Assembly (NCBI GenBank): GCA_047967505.1
Contig: CM106538.1
Strand: one strand, 5' to 3'
Length of the DNA: 64,000 nt
From: Dipteris shenzhenensis
Taxonomy: Eukaryota
Shown: one piece after another, positions 62,250 through 64,000 of the stretch
Layout of the letters: every line of letters begins with the position of its first letter
Numbering within the stretch: the first letter of the stretch is position 1
The notes under the pieces: model-generated
Databases searched by the model: none
Told to the model about the DNA's origin: nothing
What the model saw: only the letters and a program-made list of their open reading frames with translations
Position numbers and translations under genes: made by a program

Positions 62250-63950
62250 GCTTGTCTTTTTGCATGCCATTTCTTGTGTGATGGAATGCACAAACTTAAT
62301 GTACAAGATTGAGACAACACTTTTGTGGCTAGCATCTACAAATGATGTGGCGATGCTCCACACTCCTCCCACCATCTCCATGTAGGCATCTCTTTCACCA
62401 AGTATTTTATTCTTACATATGCATACTATGGAAAAGGGTGCTTTGGGTCTCTTCTCTTTTCTTTTCTTTTCACTATGTACAACAACCCTTCCTTTTTCAT
62501 AATGTAGACAACTCTCAGACAATAGTAGCATATTCAATATTATCTTCAAGAATCATCCCAAGATCTCATGCCAAAATTGCATTATTTGCACATCTATGAT
62601 CTATTTTGATGCAATATTCCCACCATGCAAGGTCTAAGATATGACCAGTATAGTGAAGAGAGTTATGGGTGTGATCCCATCTCTTCCACACAAACGATTT
62701 CAATAGTGGGTGGTAATTGGCACCATATATGATTTTTTCCTGTTAGTTTTGTTAAGAAGCTAAATTTTTATATTGATGGTGAAAGTTTGTATGCCCTAAT
62801 AAAAATAAAGGTTTGAAACATTCGCCAAGATTTGAAACTTTTATGAGAAAAAATGTATAGTTTCACCAGGATTTTTAACTTTTTCTTCAAATGTCAAATG
62901 AAAACATGTAACAAATTGTAATGCATTCTATCAATGTTATGAAACTAAAAAACTAGCTTGAGAAACTTTTGCCTAGTATTTATATTAATATATAAGTAGA
63001 GCTTCGATAAAAACATCCTTGATTGGCACTATACCCACCATCGCCATGACTTGTACCTTCCTTTAGCACATCTTGCTCAGTAGTCCATCAAGCCTTGTAC
63101 ACACTCCCCATGTTTGGCTCTTTCATGTCAACTTGTAAATATTGAACCATATGGGCCTCATTGCATCCACTACATCCAATATTCTCTTTTAGAAATTGGG
63201 ATTGTTATAGATCATCTTTAGTTTAGTGAATTCTACCTGAAATCCACTCTCATGTGACTAAGCTATCCACTCTATTGCCTCTATAGTGAACAAGGTTTAG
63301 TTATAAATCTTTTTTGCTTTGGAAAATGCTCCAACATTATATAGTTTGTTCTGAACCGTATCTCACTAGGCCTGAGTGGGCTTGATGTTTTCTAGATATG
63401 CCCAATAATATTTTGTGATTAGCAAAGTACAACACCACTTTTTGACCCTCATCTATAGTTGCTTTGAAGAAGTGGGTCTCGGTGATTTATATCAATCTTT
63501 GAGGATAAGGTCCAAACAATGGCAGGAGCATGGAGAGGCCCAAATTCTAGATAATTTTTTATTTATTATGTTTCCATGTTTTTTATGGTTCTTCACATTA
63601 TTAGTGATTGACATTCACATCCCCAATTACATTCGAGCAAGTTGTTGTTTGTGTCATTGAACCTATAACACTGCTACGAGTTGACACATTTTGCAAAGAA
63701 CCATCTACAACTACACACATCTTGAGTTTTTAGACAAGTGATTCTATCATTAATGGTAGGTTGGACTTGTTGATGTGCCATTATCTAATTGACTTGGCTG
63801 TCTACACTTCAAGGTACATCTCTAGCTCTGGCAATACTCTCTCAACTCCTTCTCAACTCTCCGCCCTCTGCACTTTCCAATTTTCTTCTGACGATTACCA
63901 ATGAAATGCCTTTGCATTCTTATGTCTGAGCCTATGTACACTTTGTGGAA
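62250..63950 (-). pseudogene. Possible second, very decayed hAT transposase
   Basis: Only scattered minus-strand motifs (LDNG; VHSEKKRK). Confidence 0.3.
62724..63021. mobile_element. MITE of the same family as 59196-59491, opposite orientation
   Basis: Perfect 8-bp TSD ATTGGCAC (62716-62723, 63022-63029), CA...TG ends and reverse-complement similarity to 59196-59491. Confidence 0.8.
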
Positions 63951-64000
63951 AATTTCACATCTCTATTTTTTAGTACTTAGCATTGTAACATAATCCCAAG

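Overview
Transposon-dense eukaryotic DNA, most likely a land plant (tRNA-Met-primed copia, plant-type CACTA and hAT domains, GT-AG introns). The only host gene I can support is a 3-exon bHLH + ACT-like transcription factor, present twice in a near-identical 6.4 kb direct duplication (15621-22019 and 30775-37172). Between the copies lies a 5'-truncated Helitron on the minus strand with an uninterrupted Rep/Pif1-helicase ORF. It also carries a 4-exon, 143-aa orphan gene that the ORF track only partly shows, a ~174-bp tandem array and a double-hairpin CTCG 3' end placed exactly at the duplication breakpoint. This block is nested in an En/Spm (CACTA-superfamily) element with non-canonical CACAA termini and divergently oriented TnpD and TnpA-like genes, which is itself inserted in an 8-bp-TSD MITE. 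The rest is a full-length decayed Ty1/copia element, foldback hairpins, more CACTA fragments in inverted arrangements, MITEs, and LINE and hAT remnants. All alignments and counts were done by eye; no database searches were run.
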